NCBI RefSeq assembly: GCF_006345805.1
Contig: NC_043010.1
Span: 21,948,001-22,012,000 of the forward strand
DNA length: 64,000 nt
Direction of reading: 5' to 3'
Source: Octopus sinensis
Taxonomy: Eukaryota
In this document: positions 37,538-51,540 of the stretch, piece after piece
Layout of the letters: each line of letters begins with the position of its first letter
How positions within the stretch are numbered: the first letter of the stretch is position 1
Position numbers and translations under genes: made by a program
The notes under the pieces: model-generated
What the model was told of the DNA's origin: nothing
Databases searched by the model: none
Seen by the model: the letters and a program-made list of their open reading frames with translations, nothing else

Positions 37538-38161
37538 ACCTAGATTATTAATATTAATATATATATGTATATATATTTCATCATGTACATTTATGTGAGT
37601 ATTAATCCTTTTGTGCGTGACTTTTGGCCCATCCTGTATTCAGATTTTAGCGTGTAGAATGTTAATATATGAAAGAAAAGTTGGTTGCTACTTTTAGTAT
37701 TTCCAGCATCTAGAAAATAGTTTTCTCAATAGCCACGAGTGTCATTCAATTGAATCGACTCCAGTACTTTAGTTCATTCCTTACCAAATCTGGTGCATAA
37801 TCCAACGTTAAGAATTTTCAAGACCAAACATTTCACATTTAACTAATTACAATGCAAGCAGTGCTAAGCTATTTAAACGTTAACAGAGAAACCAAAGAGA
37901 AGTTGTGACAATCGCAGACGCCTTTGTTTGAGTAGCTCTCCTCAATAAAGCACTTCAGCTGAAGATTTTATGCTGATTGTAGAATTCACCTCCATTATAT
38001 TTTAAGTTCTAGTACTTTTTTATGTTCTTTAATTATTCTGTTTCCACAATTATTTTTTTCTTCTTATTTACCTACTAGCTATAGTCATCTTCGTATTCTT
38101 TCTCGTGTTTATGTGTCTGCGTCACTGTTTATGTGTGTGTGTGTGACTGTGTGCGTTGGTA

Positions 38162-38220
<59 letters not shown>

Positions 38221-38259
38221 ATATCTATCTATCTATCTCTCTCTCTCTCTCTATATATA

Positions 38260-38329
<70 letters not shown>

Positions 38330-38385
38330 CAGTCTCACATAGACACACACACACACATATATATTCAGACACACATAGACACACG

Positions 38386-38423
<38 letters not shown>

Positions 38424-38434
38424 CATATATATAC

Positions 38435-38527
<93 letters not shown>

Positions 38528-38538
38528 AAACCTTCCGA

Positions 38539-38578
<40 letters not shown>

Positions 38579-38787
38579 ACATGGACACATGTAAATGTAG
38601 GTTACATGTATGTTTATATTTATATCTATCTCTCTCTCTCTCGCTGTATATACATAAATGCATAATACATACATACACACACATATTTATATATATACAT
38701 ATACTATTTGTCTGCAGCGTCAATACGCGACTGGTATCTGTCACAAATATATATGTATGTAGGCCTATATGTTTATGAGCGGGTATA

Positions 38788-38831
<44 letters not shown>

Positions 38832-39544
38832 GTGAGTGTGTGTCCATCATTCTTTTTCTACATTTGTCTGTTTGTCTCTCTGTCTCTGACGTCTTAGTCT
38901 CTGTCTCTGTCTCTTTCACTCTTACATTCTCTTTCACTCTCATTCTCTATCCCTTCCTCTCCCCTTCTCTATTTTTCATACCTAAAGGTTAGACAGCATT
39001 TCAGTCTTCTCATTGATGCACACTAAAGCTACTCTCCAAGAAAAAGCTCTGGACAAAACGACATTAGTCAATAGGCACTAATGAAGACCAACACAGCTAT
39101 TCATCAGTTATATGTGAGGGAGAATTTTAATGGAATTGTCTGCTACTGTCTGAATGGTTTATTCTGTCATCAGCTTTAAGGTCGCGTTAATGCTTTGGGA
39201 GGAGTGAGGTGTCGGAGAGGAGAATGTGGGTGGGGGTAAATTATATAATGTAATGAATCGTTGATTGTAATATCGTCAGAATATAACTCTCACCAGAAGA
39301 ACTATTAAAGTCCTTTACTCTTATTCATATCAAGACTGGAATCTAAGAATTTAGATTTATTGGAGAAATCATTTAGAGATGCTGATCACAAGAATTCTTT
39401 GTAATTTGTCAGTAGTTACTCAAATTAAATAAATCTATTTAATTAACATTACTTAACCGAATTCATTGTGCTCGAGTACAATAATGTTCGACCTAAAAGC
39501 AAATCGATAAACTCTGACTATATTATATCGATAACTTTAAAAGA

Positions 39545-40275
39545 GTAATAACTTAGATAAGTTAGGAATGTTTCGGCCAAAGATTGGCCCATGCCATGTC
39601 TAGCTTAATAGCACCACCTGATAGGCTTTACTAAGACATTTTAAAGACAAGTTTAGTGGTATCAGGGACCATTCAAGAAGAGAGTTGTTGTTGACTGAGA
39701 TGTATCCAGGTATAGGTGGCTTACTTGATATTCCTTAAAGAAATTGCTCCAGGATTTGTTTGAAAATGGCTTGATCATTTTCTTCTTTGATTTGTTTTTG
39801 GATAATGTTAAATAGAGAATGGCCTGTTGTGGAAAAAAAAAACAAAACAATTGTGTTGCGATGAATGTTTATGCTGTGAGGTTGAATGGTGTAGGGGTCG
39901 TATGGAACGTGGTTCCAGCCTTGGATGAAATCCGAATCTTACGTAAATATGTTTTGGGTAATGCTGGTAGTATCTTCTCCACATTCTGCAAATAATGTAG
40001 CGCTCACTGTGGTGTTGGAGGAATCAAGGTTTACTGATTTCAGTCGCTCCCAACAATCAGCATCAGTCAATCCAATCATTTTTAAAGTAAATACTCTTTG
40101 GAGTAGTAACTCACTTCACGCAATGTTTTGTTCGGTGTTGGGAGACCACAGCGGGGTAGCAATTTTTAAAATTATTCTACGATTTAGCCATTCATTATCG
40201 AACAGCTGTGGCAGTAAGTCATCATAATTCCTTCTCGATGATAGCAGGTTCAAATACTTGCTGTGTCAGCAAAAT
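39545..40275 (-). mobile_element. Old CR1/L2-group LINE 3' fragment
   Basis: Homologous to about 56521-57250, including the 3' stem-loop and tail; heavily decayed. Confidence 0.75.
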
Positions 40276-40579
40276 TGTTTATATGACATATAAGAAATTA
40301 TGACATATAAGAAATAATTTATAACGAATGTCAAATCAGAAATGATTACACCTACTAATTGGTTTCTATTGATCTATCGATCACTCCCTGAACTTTCGCA
40401 TATCTCACTCTAGTCTTTGATTGATATATCACATTAACACCGCCATTAATGAATGGCAACTTCTCAACGATTGCTCTGACTGTCTGTCTATCTGTCTGTG
40501 TGTCTCCTTTTCTCTCTCCCTCTCTCTCTCTCTCTTGCTCTCTTTCTCGCTTTCTTTGTCTCCCTCTCTTTCTGGATAT

Positions 40580-40611
<32 letters not shown>

Positions 40612-40629
40612 GTGTGGTGTGTGTGTGTG

Positions 40630-40914
40630 TGGAGGCGCAATGGCCCAGTAGTTAGGGCAGCGGATTCGCGGTCGTAGGATCGCGGTTTCGATTTATTGAG
40701 CGAAAACACCTAAAAGCTCCACGAGGCTCCGGCTGGTGGTGGTGGCGACTCCTGCTGTACTCTTTCGCCACAACTTTCTCTCACTCTTTTTTTCTGTTGG
40801 CCTGCTCACTTAGCCAGCGGGGTGGCGTTATTTGAAGGCTAAAACAATGCGAAACGCATTGTGACTGGCGATGTTTAGCAAAATCTGATAGCCTGGTGGG
40901 TCACGGTGATCACG

Positions 40915-40915
<1 letters not shown>
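40630..40915 (+). mobile_element. SINE family C
   Basis: GGAGGCGCAATGGCCCAGTAGTTAGGGCAGCGG head and the tail shared with 36470-36748. Confidence 0.82.
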
Positions 40916-40949
<34 letters not shown>

Positions 40950-40953
<4 letters not shown>

Positions 40954-41159
40954 TCTTGTATTTGTTTCAGTCATCAGACTGCGTCTATGCTGGGGGCCTC
41001 ATTGATAAATTTATTCGAACGAAGGAACCCAGTAGTCTTAAAGCCTGGTGCATATTCTATCGCTATCTTTTGCCGACACGCTAAGTTACGATGACGTAAA
41101 TACACCAACACCAGTTGTCAAGCGTCGGTGGGAGACGAAGACGCAAAGACACACATACA

Positions 41160-41204
<45 letters not shown>

Positions 41205-41345
41205 ACACGTATACAACGGAATTCTTTCCGGCGCCAATTACCAAATCTATTCACAAGGATTTAATAGTACCAAGGCTATGGTGGAGGAGAATTGCCGAAA
41301 GTGCCAGGCAATGAGACTGAATTTGGAACCATGTGGTTGGGAAGC
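40950..41345 (-). mobile_element. SINE family A (diverged)
   Basis: Tail, body, (CA)n and head on the minus strand. Confidence 0.75.
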
Positions 41346-42118
41346 AAATGCTTCACAGAACTTGATTTCTCCTCTAGGTATAACTTGATGAGTTGAAAGG
41401 GGTGTAATTGAATTATCTACTTATCTTGTCTATAAAGTGAAGCATAAACGTATTATTTACAAAGAAATGACAAAAGTGAATTAAGTTTTGGCAATCAGAG
41501 CCAGTAGAAGTAACACTACAGGCGGTGCTGATTAAAATTTTACAATAAAATCTAAAAATGTCAATCCCATATTTAGTATTTAGGAAAAATTGACACAAAA
41601 TCTTCATTTGAACTACTCCAATACATTAACTCCTGTCTACAGAACGAGAAAGGCTTCACTATAAAGGGAAAATTAGAATTGAAACTTCAATAAATGTCCC
41701 TGAAATGTTACATTCTTCAAAATTTATCTAATCTTCAATGAGGTGATATTTTCTTAAACACTCATTGCCTTTATCTTTCTGGCCATTTCTTTCTGTCTAT
41801 CATTAGTAATTTATTGTAGTTTTCTCGCAAACTCTCCTCCATATAATTGTTGAATTTCAAACATTCTCGCTCTCTAGACATACTTACATACACATATACA
41901 TACATGCATACATACATACATGTATACGTACATACATGCATACGTACATAATACATGCGGATGTACGTACGTACGTACGTACATACATACATACATACAT
42001 ATACACATGTATATACATATACATAATTGCACACGACATGTGTTATTCTATCAATCATCCTCTTTAGTTTTATCTCTCTTCCTTAATATCCCCAAATGTC
42101 TCTCTGGACCTCACTCTT

Positions 42119-42151
<33 letters not shown>

Positions 42152-42310
42152 GCTTTCTGTCTCCCTCTCGCACGCCCGTCAGGTCTCTCTATTTCCGAAG
42201 CTCTGTGTTCATATCTTAATCTTTAAACTTTCCCATTCATCATGAAAATAACATGCCAGCCACAATTTCGTTTGCTTTCCTTCCTCTGTATACATACATG
42301 TAGGCGTGTG

Positions 42311-42360
<50 letters not shown>

Positions 42361-42729
42361 CGCCTGTGTTTATGTATATTTATTTATTTAAATCACAGAA
42401 TTCATAACAAGCGATTGTCAAATACAAACACAGGAAACTCCGCCAGTAGGCACAAAGGATATTTAAGATTAGTGTCTTCAATAGACACTGCGATAGTTTG
42501 TTAGAAAAACAGAACGTTTATGAATTTAAATAGTTTCTCCCGCGGACGAGAGAAGATAAAATTAAAAAAGAAACGTGAATTAATTTAGAAGCCGAAACAA
42601 AAGTATTTCTGGTTATATCAAAAGGCCAATAGAAATAAAACAACAGTAACAAGGACAACTGTAACTGTTTCTACTATAAGCTGAAGGACTGTAATTTGGT
42701 TTGAGGGCGACGCCTTTTGTGTAGATCCC

Positions 42730-43240
42730 AGTGCTTGATTCCGAAAGAATGAGCAGATATGTCGACATCGGCGGGACTTGAATTCAGGTTGTGAAGACGG
42801 ACGAAAGATTGCTGAGCATTTTGTCTGGTGCGGTAATTATTGTACCAACTCACCGCCGTAAAAATAATAAATGATAACAATAATAATGATTTCGCCGAGG
42901 TCGACTTTGCCTTTTTGGGGTTTGCTTTCGGTCAACTTTGCCTTTTTGGGGTTTGCCTTTCGGGGTCGATAAAATTAAGAACCATTTGCGTACTGGGGTC
43001 AATCTAATCGAGTGGGGCCCTTCCCAAATGTTTCGGGCCTTCTGCCTAGAGTAGAAATGAATAATAATGATTCAAATTTTGGCAAGTTAGTTTGGCAAGG
43101 GAATGAGTCGATTACAGTGCTGAGAGGGTACTTCTTTTATCGACCCTCGAAAGAAAGAAGGGTAAATTGAATTCAAAGTGCAAAAGTGGACGAAATGCTG
43201 CTAAGCAATTTTCCCGGCACGGTAAGAATTCTGTCAGTTG
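42730..43240. mobile_element. Cluster of SINE family B fragments in both orientations; another at about 43560-43740 (minus)
   Basis: Repeated gtcgactttgccttt...cggggtcgataaa block; 30-bp local duplication at about 42900-42960. Confidence 0.7.
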
Positions 43241-43305
43241 ACAGCAACAACAACGACGACGACGACGACAACAACAACAACAACGAAAATAAAAACAACA
43301 ACAAC

Positions 43306-43360
<55 letters not shown>

Positions 43361-43372
43361 TTGATGATGATG

Positions 43373-43432
<60 letters not shown>

Positions 43433-43434
<2 letters not shown>

Positions 43435-43545
43435 TATGCTCCGGAAGGTGCTCGAAGAATAAGAGGTGTTACCTTAGTTCACAGGTAGTGAACAGCTGGC
43501 ACTGTAGTCCATCTCCAGCGTTAGAAGCTGTGCAAAGACAATGAT
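43433..43545 (+). mobile_element. Very short R4/Dong-like 3' end between (TAA)n tracts
   Basis: Reads ...MLRKVLEE* followed by a short UTR, then TAA repeats. Confidence 0.55.
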
Positions 43546-44204
43546 AATAATAATAATAATAATGTTTTGAAATTTTGACACAAGGCGAGAAATAGTAGGA
43601 TGAGAGGGGTCGATCGATTACAATTACGCCAGTCTTCAACTGGTACTTACTGAATTGAACGCGAAACGATGAAAGATAAAGTCGACCTCGTTAGAATTGG
43701 ATCTCTGAACGTAAAGACCGACGAAATGGCGCTAAATAATAGAGAAAATGAGAAAACAAAGGGAATGATGAAGAAATATTTTGCAAAATAGAATCACATT
43801 CATATGCGTCAAAGGAGAAAAACAACAGCACCAGTGACGCAGCGACGGAATCAGTTTACTTTTGGTCTTGGTTAGCAAGATTCTTTATGGAAAATGTTGC
43901 AAGACGCAACGGAAATTTTAGAAAAATAAATAAGTAAATGAGTGGAAACTATACCGGTGAGTGTGTTAAATAACAAAGCACTAAAAGGGAATGAATCTCC
44001 CCAGACACAACATTTTACAATTATTTTATTTCACATTTTGCCTCGTGAGAGTTACAGAAAATAATAAACAGCGAGGATATTTTAACAAGTTAAAAGAACT
44101 TGATGAAGCTTTTAGATAGCAAAGTAATTTAGACAAATATGAAAGACTGAAGGATACGAATGAAGCATGTTGGAATGAGGAAAGATATATATATATATAC
44201 ACAT

Positions 44205-44521
44205 CTGAGATCCCCTTCGGTCATGACTGACCGTGGGTTGCACCTAGAAAGTTACCCTCCCACGTACAAATCCGGGCAAGGTTATTTATGGAAGACCAGC
44301 AATCGCTCATGTATACCGGCCTCCCCTCTCCACGCCACCAATGTTATCGAAGGGAAAGACAAAGGCCAACACAGCTTGGCACTCATTTCTACAGCTGAAT
44401 GAATTGGAGCAACGAGAAATAAAGTGTCTTGCTCAAGAAAACAGCATGCAGCCCGATCCGGGATTCGAACTCACTACCTCCCGATCGTAAGCTCGACGCT
44501 CTAACCACTGAACCATGCTCC

Positions 44522-44522
<1 letters not shown>
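44205..44522 (-). mobile_element. SINE family D
   Basis: tRNA-like head (GGTTCAGTGGTTAGAGC...GAGTTCGAATCCCGG) and ttgagcaagacacttt central block on the minus strand. Confidence 0.82.
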
Positions 44523-44555
<33 letters not shown>

Positions 44556-44575
44556 TAAACTATATAAATATATAT

Positions 44576-44620
<45 letters not shown>

Positions 44621-45196
44621 ATATATAATATATATATATACACATACATATTTAAATAATTCGTTTCGCTCTGTTCTGATCTCAGGTATATTTTATGTTT
44701 TATTTCACTGTCTTATTCTCGGGGTATGCCATTTTTGCTCTTTTATTTTATTTTTTAGTCTTTATTCATTTATCCATGTATGCTTTATTCTGTCACAGTT
44801 CATTATCGAAACGGATAGAACGCTAAGCTAACTAAAATATATTCTTATAGGGATAAATGAACGGCAAGTAAAATATGAGGTACTTTTAGAAGACGCATCT
44901 GCAACTATTATGCATGACAATCGATTGTACAACATCTCACCTGTATGTAACGGGTGCATGATGAGTCGAAACGAATGTAGGGATTTTTAGAATCTCGTAA
45001 ATTCGATTTTCTGCCTCATCTCTTTATAATATCCAATTGCATATGTTCCTATAAATAGAAACATCCACTCAAACATACATATATTTCTTCATATATATGC
45101 ATATGCACAAACACACACACACTCTCTTTCTCTCTCTCTCTCTCTCTCACGCACACACAGATATATATATACACACATACATATATATATATTCCA

Positions 45197-45415
45197 AAAT
45201 GTAACCATAAGTGGATTGTTGGCGATTTTATTTCTTCCGTCTCCCTTTTCCCTTGGACTTCCCTCACTCCTGTTTCTGAAGAAGAGCTTTGCTCGAAACG
45301 TAAAACACCCTTTCTTTCCTCCCTTGAGCGTCTTTTAATATTTTGCATGTACCATGTCCTCACCTTGTTGTCATTCCTTGTAATTTGTTTCTTCATTTCT
45401 TTCTAATAATTATAT
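45197..45415 (+). mobile_element. ~220-bp (TA)n-flanked hammerhead cassette
   Basis: Same layout as 25245-25465 and 16620-16850 (ggcgatttt...HHR...tgagcgtc...gtcctc). Confidence 0.75.
45271..45307 (+). ncRNA. Minimal type I hammerhead ribozyme (dimer-dependent type)
   Basis: UGUUU-CUGAAGA-A-GAGC(UUU)GCUC-GAAAC-GUA-AAACA; 5-bp stem I, 4-bp stem II, stem III reduced to palindromic ACGU. Confidence 0.72.
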
Positions 45416-45435
45416 ATACATATGTATATATACAC

Positions 45436-45493
<58 letters not shown>

Positions 45494-46354
45494 GTGCGTG
45501 TATGATGTATGTATGTATGTATGTATGTATGTATGTATATATATATATATATATATGCATGTATGTATGTATATGCAAAAGAGAGTTTGGTACAGGACGA
45601 TAAACAGACCAATACTGAGGTTGATGGAGAGAGGTAGAAGAGTGGAGAGAAAGGGAGAGACAGAGAGACAGAGAGACACAGAGAGAGACAGAGACTGAGA
45701 CAGGAAGACAAACAGAGACAGACATTTGTATACTTGTGTGTTTGGATACAAGACGGAAAAGGTAGGGCATAATAGAGCAAGATAGACAACACGAAGGAGC
45801 GAGAAAGGGAGAGAGAGAAAGGAAGAGAGGGAGAAAGGGAGAGAATGCATTTGTGTTTGTGAGACAGAGCTTGAATGAGAAAATGTTTGAAGAATGTCGC
45901 CTTTAACATTGAGGGTAGTGAGAAACTTTTGATTTTTCGCTTACTTAACTTGTAGTAAGAAAAGCCTCATAAACAATATAATAGAATCGACTTCTATTCT
46001 TGTAGATGTCAAAGTTATTTTGGTCGGAATTATTTCCTTTTACGCTTTTAGAATATTTCAATATTGTCTTGCAAATTTTCTTATAAAAACAATGCAGCTA
46101 AAAATCTCTCTTTTGTTATATAACTTGTAGTTTTTGTAGTGGCTCTGATTGTTGTTGTTGATGTTCTTGAAGTGTTTGTTGTTGTTACTGATGGTGATGG
46201 TGGCGATGGATGTGGCGGTAGTATTGATGGTGTTAGTGGTGAAGGTGATGGTTGCAGTGACGGTGGCTGCTGCTTTGCTTAAACCCACAAGTCAACTCCA
46301 GCAGCCATTATCCTTCCTTTATTCGAGGCAATAAGAAACCATATATAAAGCAGT

Positions 46355-47130
46355 GAGCTGGCAGAAAGGTTAGCACGCCGGGCAAAATGCTCAGCGGTAT
46401 TTCGTCTGCCGTTACGTTCTGAGTTCAAATTCAGCCGAAGTCGACTTTGCCTTTCATCCTTTCGGGGTCGATTAAATAAGTACCAGTTACGCACGGGTCG
46501 ATATAATTGACTTGATCCGTTTATCTGTCATTGTTTGTCCTCTCTGTGTTTAGCCCTTGTGGGTAATAAAGAAATAGGTATTTCGTCTGCCATTACGTTC
46601 TGGGTTTAAATTCCGCCGAGGCCGACTTTGCTTTTCATCCTTTCAGGGTCGATGAAATAAGTAACAGTTACGCATTGGGGTCGATATAATCTACTTAATC
46701 CGTTTGTCTGTCCTTCTTTGTCCTCTCTGTGTTTAGCTCCTTGTGGATAGTAAAGAAATTGGTATTTCGCCTGTCGCTAAGTTCTGATTTCAAATTCCAC
46801 CGAGTCTGACTTTGCCTTTCATCCTTTCTGGAGTGATGAAATAAGAACCAGTTGAGTATAGGGGTTCATGTAATCGACATAATTATTGCCTGTACCAAAA
46901 TTTGAAACCGTTATTATCATGATCATCAATGCGAGTTAGCAAAATCGTTAGCACGTTCTACAAAATACTCAGCGGCATTTTATCCGTCTTTACAATATGA
47001 ATTGAAAGTCCGCCGAAGACATCTTTTCGAGATCGATAATACAACTACCAGTTGAGCACTGGGGTCGATGTAATTGACTTAACCTCTGCTACGAAGTTGG
47101 TATCGTTGTGCCAAAAACTTTGAAACTAAT
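46355..47130 (+). mobile_element. Head-to-tail array of SINE family B units
   Basis: Full unit about 46355-46576, units restarting at GGTATTTCG at about 46577 and 46761, and a more diverged unit at about 46930-47130. Confidence 0.85.
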
Positions 47131-47459
47131 ATGAAAACAAACAAATCGAATGAATGCTTTTATTGATTTTGCCATTTAATAAGCTGCTGTGATTTGAAGT
47201 TCGAGTGGTTAATATTTCCGTCAGCCAGTTCGATCCCCTCATTCGTTGGCTAGTTCGACTAGCTACATTCGTTGTCTAGATGTTGTTGTTGCTGTTGTTG
47301 TGGCAGTAGTCATAATGGTAACAGTGATGGTGCAGTCAGTGTTAGTCCTTGTTCAAACCTAATTGATCACACAAAGATGACAACTATTCCAGCCATGGCC
47401 ATCCCCTTATCACTATATTCTTGAATACTTTCTCTAAAGTGTCCTTCATCAAGAGAAAA

Positions 47460-47810
47460 GGACAGCTCCCATGATATTGGCGTTTCTTACCAAACTGGTA
47501 AAAAGTTCATCTTGTAGATTTCTGAAATCAGACATGGAAAATGAAAAACGTGAAGATAGTTCTAATTATTGTTGGATCTTTGGGGACAGTATCAGAAGGC
47601 ATGAAGAGAAACATAAGGGAAATCGGAATAAAGCGCCCAGTAGAAATATTACCAAAGGTTTGACTCAGTGGCACGGCTAGAATAATCAGCAAAGTATTAG
47701 CTGAAAAGAACGAATAGCATGGTACCATAGGCTGCAGGTAGCAAGCTCACTAGGCATGCAAGAGTCCAGGAGTTACAACAAAACTTGAGATAAAAAGGAC
47801 AAGAAAAAAT
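47460..47810 (+). mobile_element. Decayed R4/Dong-like REL C-terminal fragment
   Basis: VKIVLIIVGSLGTVSEGMKRNIREIGIKRPVEILPKV*LSGTARIISKVL. Confidence 0.65.
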
Positions 47811-47914
47811 ATCAAATTCTAGTGCGAGGCCAGCAATTTCGGGCAAATTCGAGATTCAGCTTGACACAGAATCTGACAAGGCTGTCTCTTTGAAATAAAG
47901 GTAATACTCGGTTT

Positions 47915-48045
47915 TGAGAGCTGAGTGCACTGGAGCAACGTGAAATAAAGAAGCTTCCTCAATGACACAACTCGATGCCAGGACTCGAACTCGCGGCCTT
48001 ACAACCGTGAGCCGAACACCGTAACCACTGAACTACGCGCCTTCA
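47915..48045 (-). mobile_element. SINE family D head
   Basis: tRNA-like head with GAGTTCGAGTCC B-box on the minus strand. Confidence 0.7.
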
Positions 48046-48450
48046 CTACGACATTTGGAATGGTGAAAGCACATGATGGAAACGAAGTCGTATGTATTAG
48101 TACTTAATAGTATTAAAACATAAAACATGTATATTATGTGAAAGTTCCTTATCTTTAGAAAGTAGATATGGCTAGGAGCGGAAATGAATCCCTGATTTAG
48201 GTTCGTAGTTAACTGTATGCTACATCCGTCAAATTGGTTAGGTTCATAAAAGATAAATGGAAATATTGATTATAGACTAAATATGTAACCAAGCAAATAA
48301 GCAATTATATACATAGATATTTCATGCATAATACATGATTACATGAGTGCAAGCATCCATACTTAAATGCTATTATGCCTCGATACATATTTTCCTATGC
48401 ATACATAAATGTATATCCAAATAAATTGATCTGAATACGCGTGTGTGTGA

Positions 48451-48561
<111 letters not shown>

Positions 48562-49058
48562 TGTATGTATATATATAAATATATATATGCTTATGTATAT
48601 ATATATGTATATAAATATATATATATATACATACATATACGTATATATATATATGTGTGTGTGTGTGTGGACAAACACACACAGATATACACATACATAT
48701 ATATATATACGCATACATATATATATACACATACATACACACACACACACACATATATTTTTTTTTCCACCCTACATATGCATGTATATATAATTATATG
48801 TATATATATGCACGCCTAGATATTTATGTATATGAATTTATGAACGTGCTTAGTTGTGCACAACACTAAAACGTGCAAAATAAAGTAGTGCTAATGTAGA
48901 GGTGCATACGTACACGCGAATAATACGTGTGCGTGTGTGTGTCTGCGTGCACGCGCATCTCTGTTCTTTCTCATATAGATGTATATAATTGTGTACAATT
49001 ATGTGTACGTACGTGTGTATGTAGGTATAAATATATAAGTTTAGAAGCGTTTCTACAA

Positions 49059-49090
<32 letters not shown>

Positions 49091-49092
49091 TA

Positions 49093-49131
<39 letters not shown>

Positions 49132-49651
49132 CGTGTGTTTGTGTGTCTGTGTATGTGTATATAAACAACCTACACACGCGCACGCACACACACATACATA
49201 CATATATGTGGTTATAGGTTTATTTAAATATATATATAAATATATATATGTATATATATATATATATATGCATGTATACGGCGTATATGTGTGTATGTGT
49301 GTATGTGTCTGCATATGTGTGTGGGTAAATTTCTAGAAATGTACGCACCTTTAGACGTCGATAATATGTAATATTTATGAGACCTATAATTACATGTATA
49401 TTAATTACGCTTCCTTTCCATTCCTCTTAATTATAGTGTCACTAAATGTACACACCATAGAATGCACCTTGCTGCACTTTGGAGAAATTTCGATACGCAG
49501 TATGGCAGTCGGGCTGTTAAAATGACCTTTGGTATTATTATTCCATCAAGACAGTTAATTAATCCTGAGCAAATATAATAATACATTTCAATATGGCCGG
49601 ACTGAGGTATTAGAGCCAAAACGAAATATAGAATTAATCACAAAGGTTATA

Positions 49652-49842
49652 CAGTGTGCGGCAAAAAACCTCCCACATTGTAGAAGTTGGCAACAGTTTC
49701 CAAAGTCAAATGCACAGTTTATACCAGTCGAAACTATGTTGGAAAACAACAACAGTAAAGCCGTAATATGTTATGTATAGTACTTCAGTAGTCCCACAGG
49801 AATGACCGTTTGAAATATGGGACGCATTTCCGCCGCACCCTG
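49652..49842. mobile_element. 191-bp Tc1/mariner-derived MITE
   Basis: TA-CAGTGTGCGGCAAAAAACCTCCC ... GGGACGCATTTCCGCCGCACCCTG-TA; imperfect ~23-bp TIRs and TA duplication. Confidence 0.72.
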
Positions 49843-50469
49843 TAAGTGTTGGTTAAGCCGAGATTACCTCTCAATGAACTAGCAAACCTATAATCATTGG
49901 CTTTCCATCTGAGAATATCCTGCTCGTTTTATGAGGAAGGTATGGCTGCTATTTTCACTCTCCTATCATTATAAACTATTGAGAAAGCCTCTTCATGATC
50001 GCGTCTTATGCTAATAGTAGCTGCCAAATCTCCCTCAAACCATATCCTAATGTCTTAAAAAAATAAGGCGTTGGATAATGGTGGCTCTAGGTTCATTGCG
50101 CAAAGTTAAATTAAAAAAATAGGGTAGTTATGTCGAGTATGCTTTTGATCATGGATGGAGTTGATCAAAGTTTATTTGAGTCCAAACACCTGACAATTAA
50201 AACCAACAAATCTTTACATCGTCGATGGATTTATTAGGATCCGCAGCCAATTTTGTATCATCTCACACACAGCAATCTCAACAAAGAAGATTGTATTGGA
50301 TATTATTAACCTGGCCACATCTGATTGGCCAAGATATTATTGTTGCTAACTATGCAAGTCAAACTGGCCAAAATTATTTCCTAGCAAATCTTTGTCAAGA
50401 TTTTCAGGCATTTTTGAATAGATTGCACCGTGCAGATGAGAACTGGTAGGCTGAAATATGTGCACAGGG

Positions 50470-50720
50470 TTTAACGGTTACAGTGTACTGGGGATATAAA
50501 CGTCTTGTAGATTGTCGGCACTGGGCTGAGAAGTAAGCACAGAGAGATGTTAAGTTGGTGTTGGTGCTGGATGTGAACGACAAGGAATGCTGTGAAGTCA
50601 AACTTGTGGTTGTTTATGCTCCGTCTGGTGCTTGACAGCCTGTTTCACTGGCGTCTAGAAGTTTCCTTTGGTAAGTAAGGCTTTTTAGCACCGGTAGGGG
50701 ATTTAGTATTCATTTTAAAC
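50470..50720 (+). pseudogene. Possible decayed L1/Tx1-type AP endonuclease fragment
   Basis: LVLVLDVNDKE...KLVVVYAPSG resembles the APE VYAP motif; weak. Confidence 0.35.
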
Positions 50721-50761
50721 GTGAACTAAAATTGGGAAGTTCTATATTTAAGAGATGAGGA

Positions 50762-50912
50762 TTTGTTTACATTATTTACATTTGATGGATATTTGTCCTC
50801 ATCTAGTTTGTTGTTAACAACGTTTCGGCTGATATGCCCTCCAGACTTCATAATGTGTCTTGGGGAAATTTAAAAACTTGGGTTCTCATTCCTAAGGTAT
50901 TTTTCGATAATC
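50762..50912 (-). mobile_element. PLE-like terminal repeat with decayed hammerhead
   Basis: Homologous to 61106-61255; core mutated to AUUAUGA; abuts a (CAA)n/(TAA)n tract. Confidence 0.65.
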
Positions 50913-50936
50913 TTGTTGTTGTTGTTGTTGTTGTTA

Positions 50937-51030
<94 letters not shown>

Positions 51031-51299
51031 CATTATTATTATTATTCTGGTCACTGCTTAGAATCGAACTCGGAATATTAGGGTTAGTAGCCCGCGCTCT
51101 TAACTACTACACCACATGCCCCTGTGTAGCACTTAGTTCAGAGCACTCACTGAATCCCCGAGACAGGTTAGCAACATTAGAAATGAAACATAAATTAAAT
51201 TTTGTTGTCGTAGGAACCAATGCATGTGGCTACCAATTTATCCTCTGGCAGCAAACTTGTGCCTAGTGTGGACTCCACTAAAGACATCTCCGAGCGATT

Positions 51300-51540
51300 G
51301 GATGCGCTTGGCTTAGTGGTTAGGGTATTAGACTCATGATAGTAAGATTGTGGCTTCAGTTCCTGCACCGGGCGATGCGTTGTGTTCTTGAGCAAAACAC
51401 TTCATTACACATTGCTCCAGTCCACTCAGCTGACAAAAATGAGTTAATCCTGCGACAGACTGGAGCCCCATCCAGGTGGGAAATTTATACGCCGCTGAAA
51501 CCGAGAAACCGGTTCTCATGAGACGCTATGACTCGAGAAA
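51300..51540 (+). mobile_element. SINE family D
   Basis: TGGCTTAGTGG A-box-like; ttgtgttcttgagcaaaacactt...gctccagtccactcagctg central block. Confidence 0.78.
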
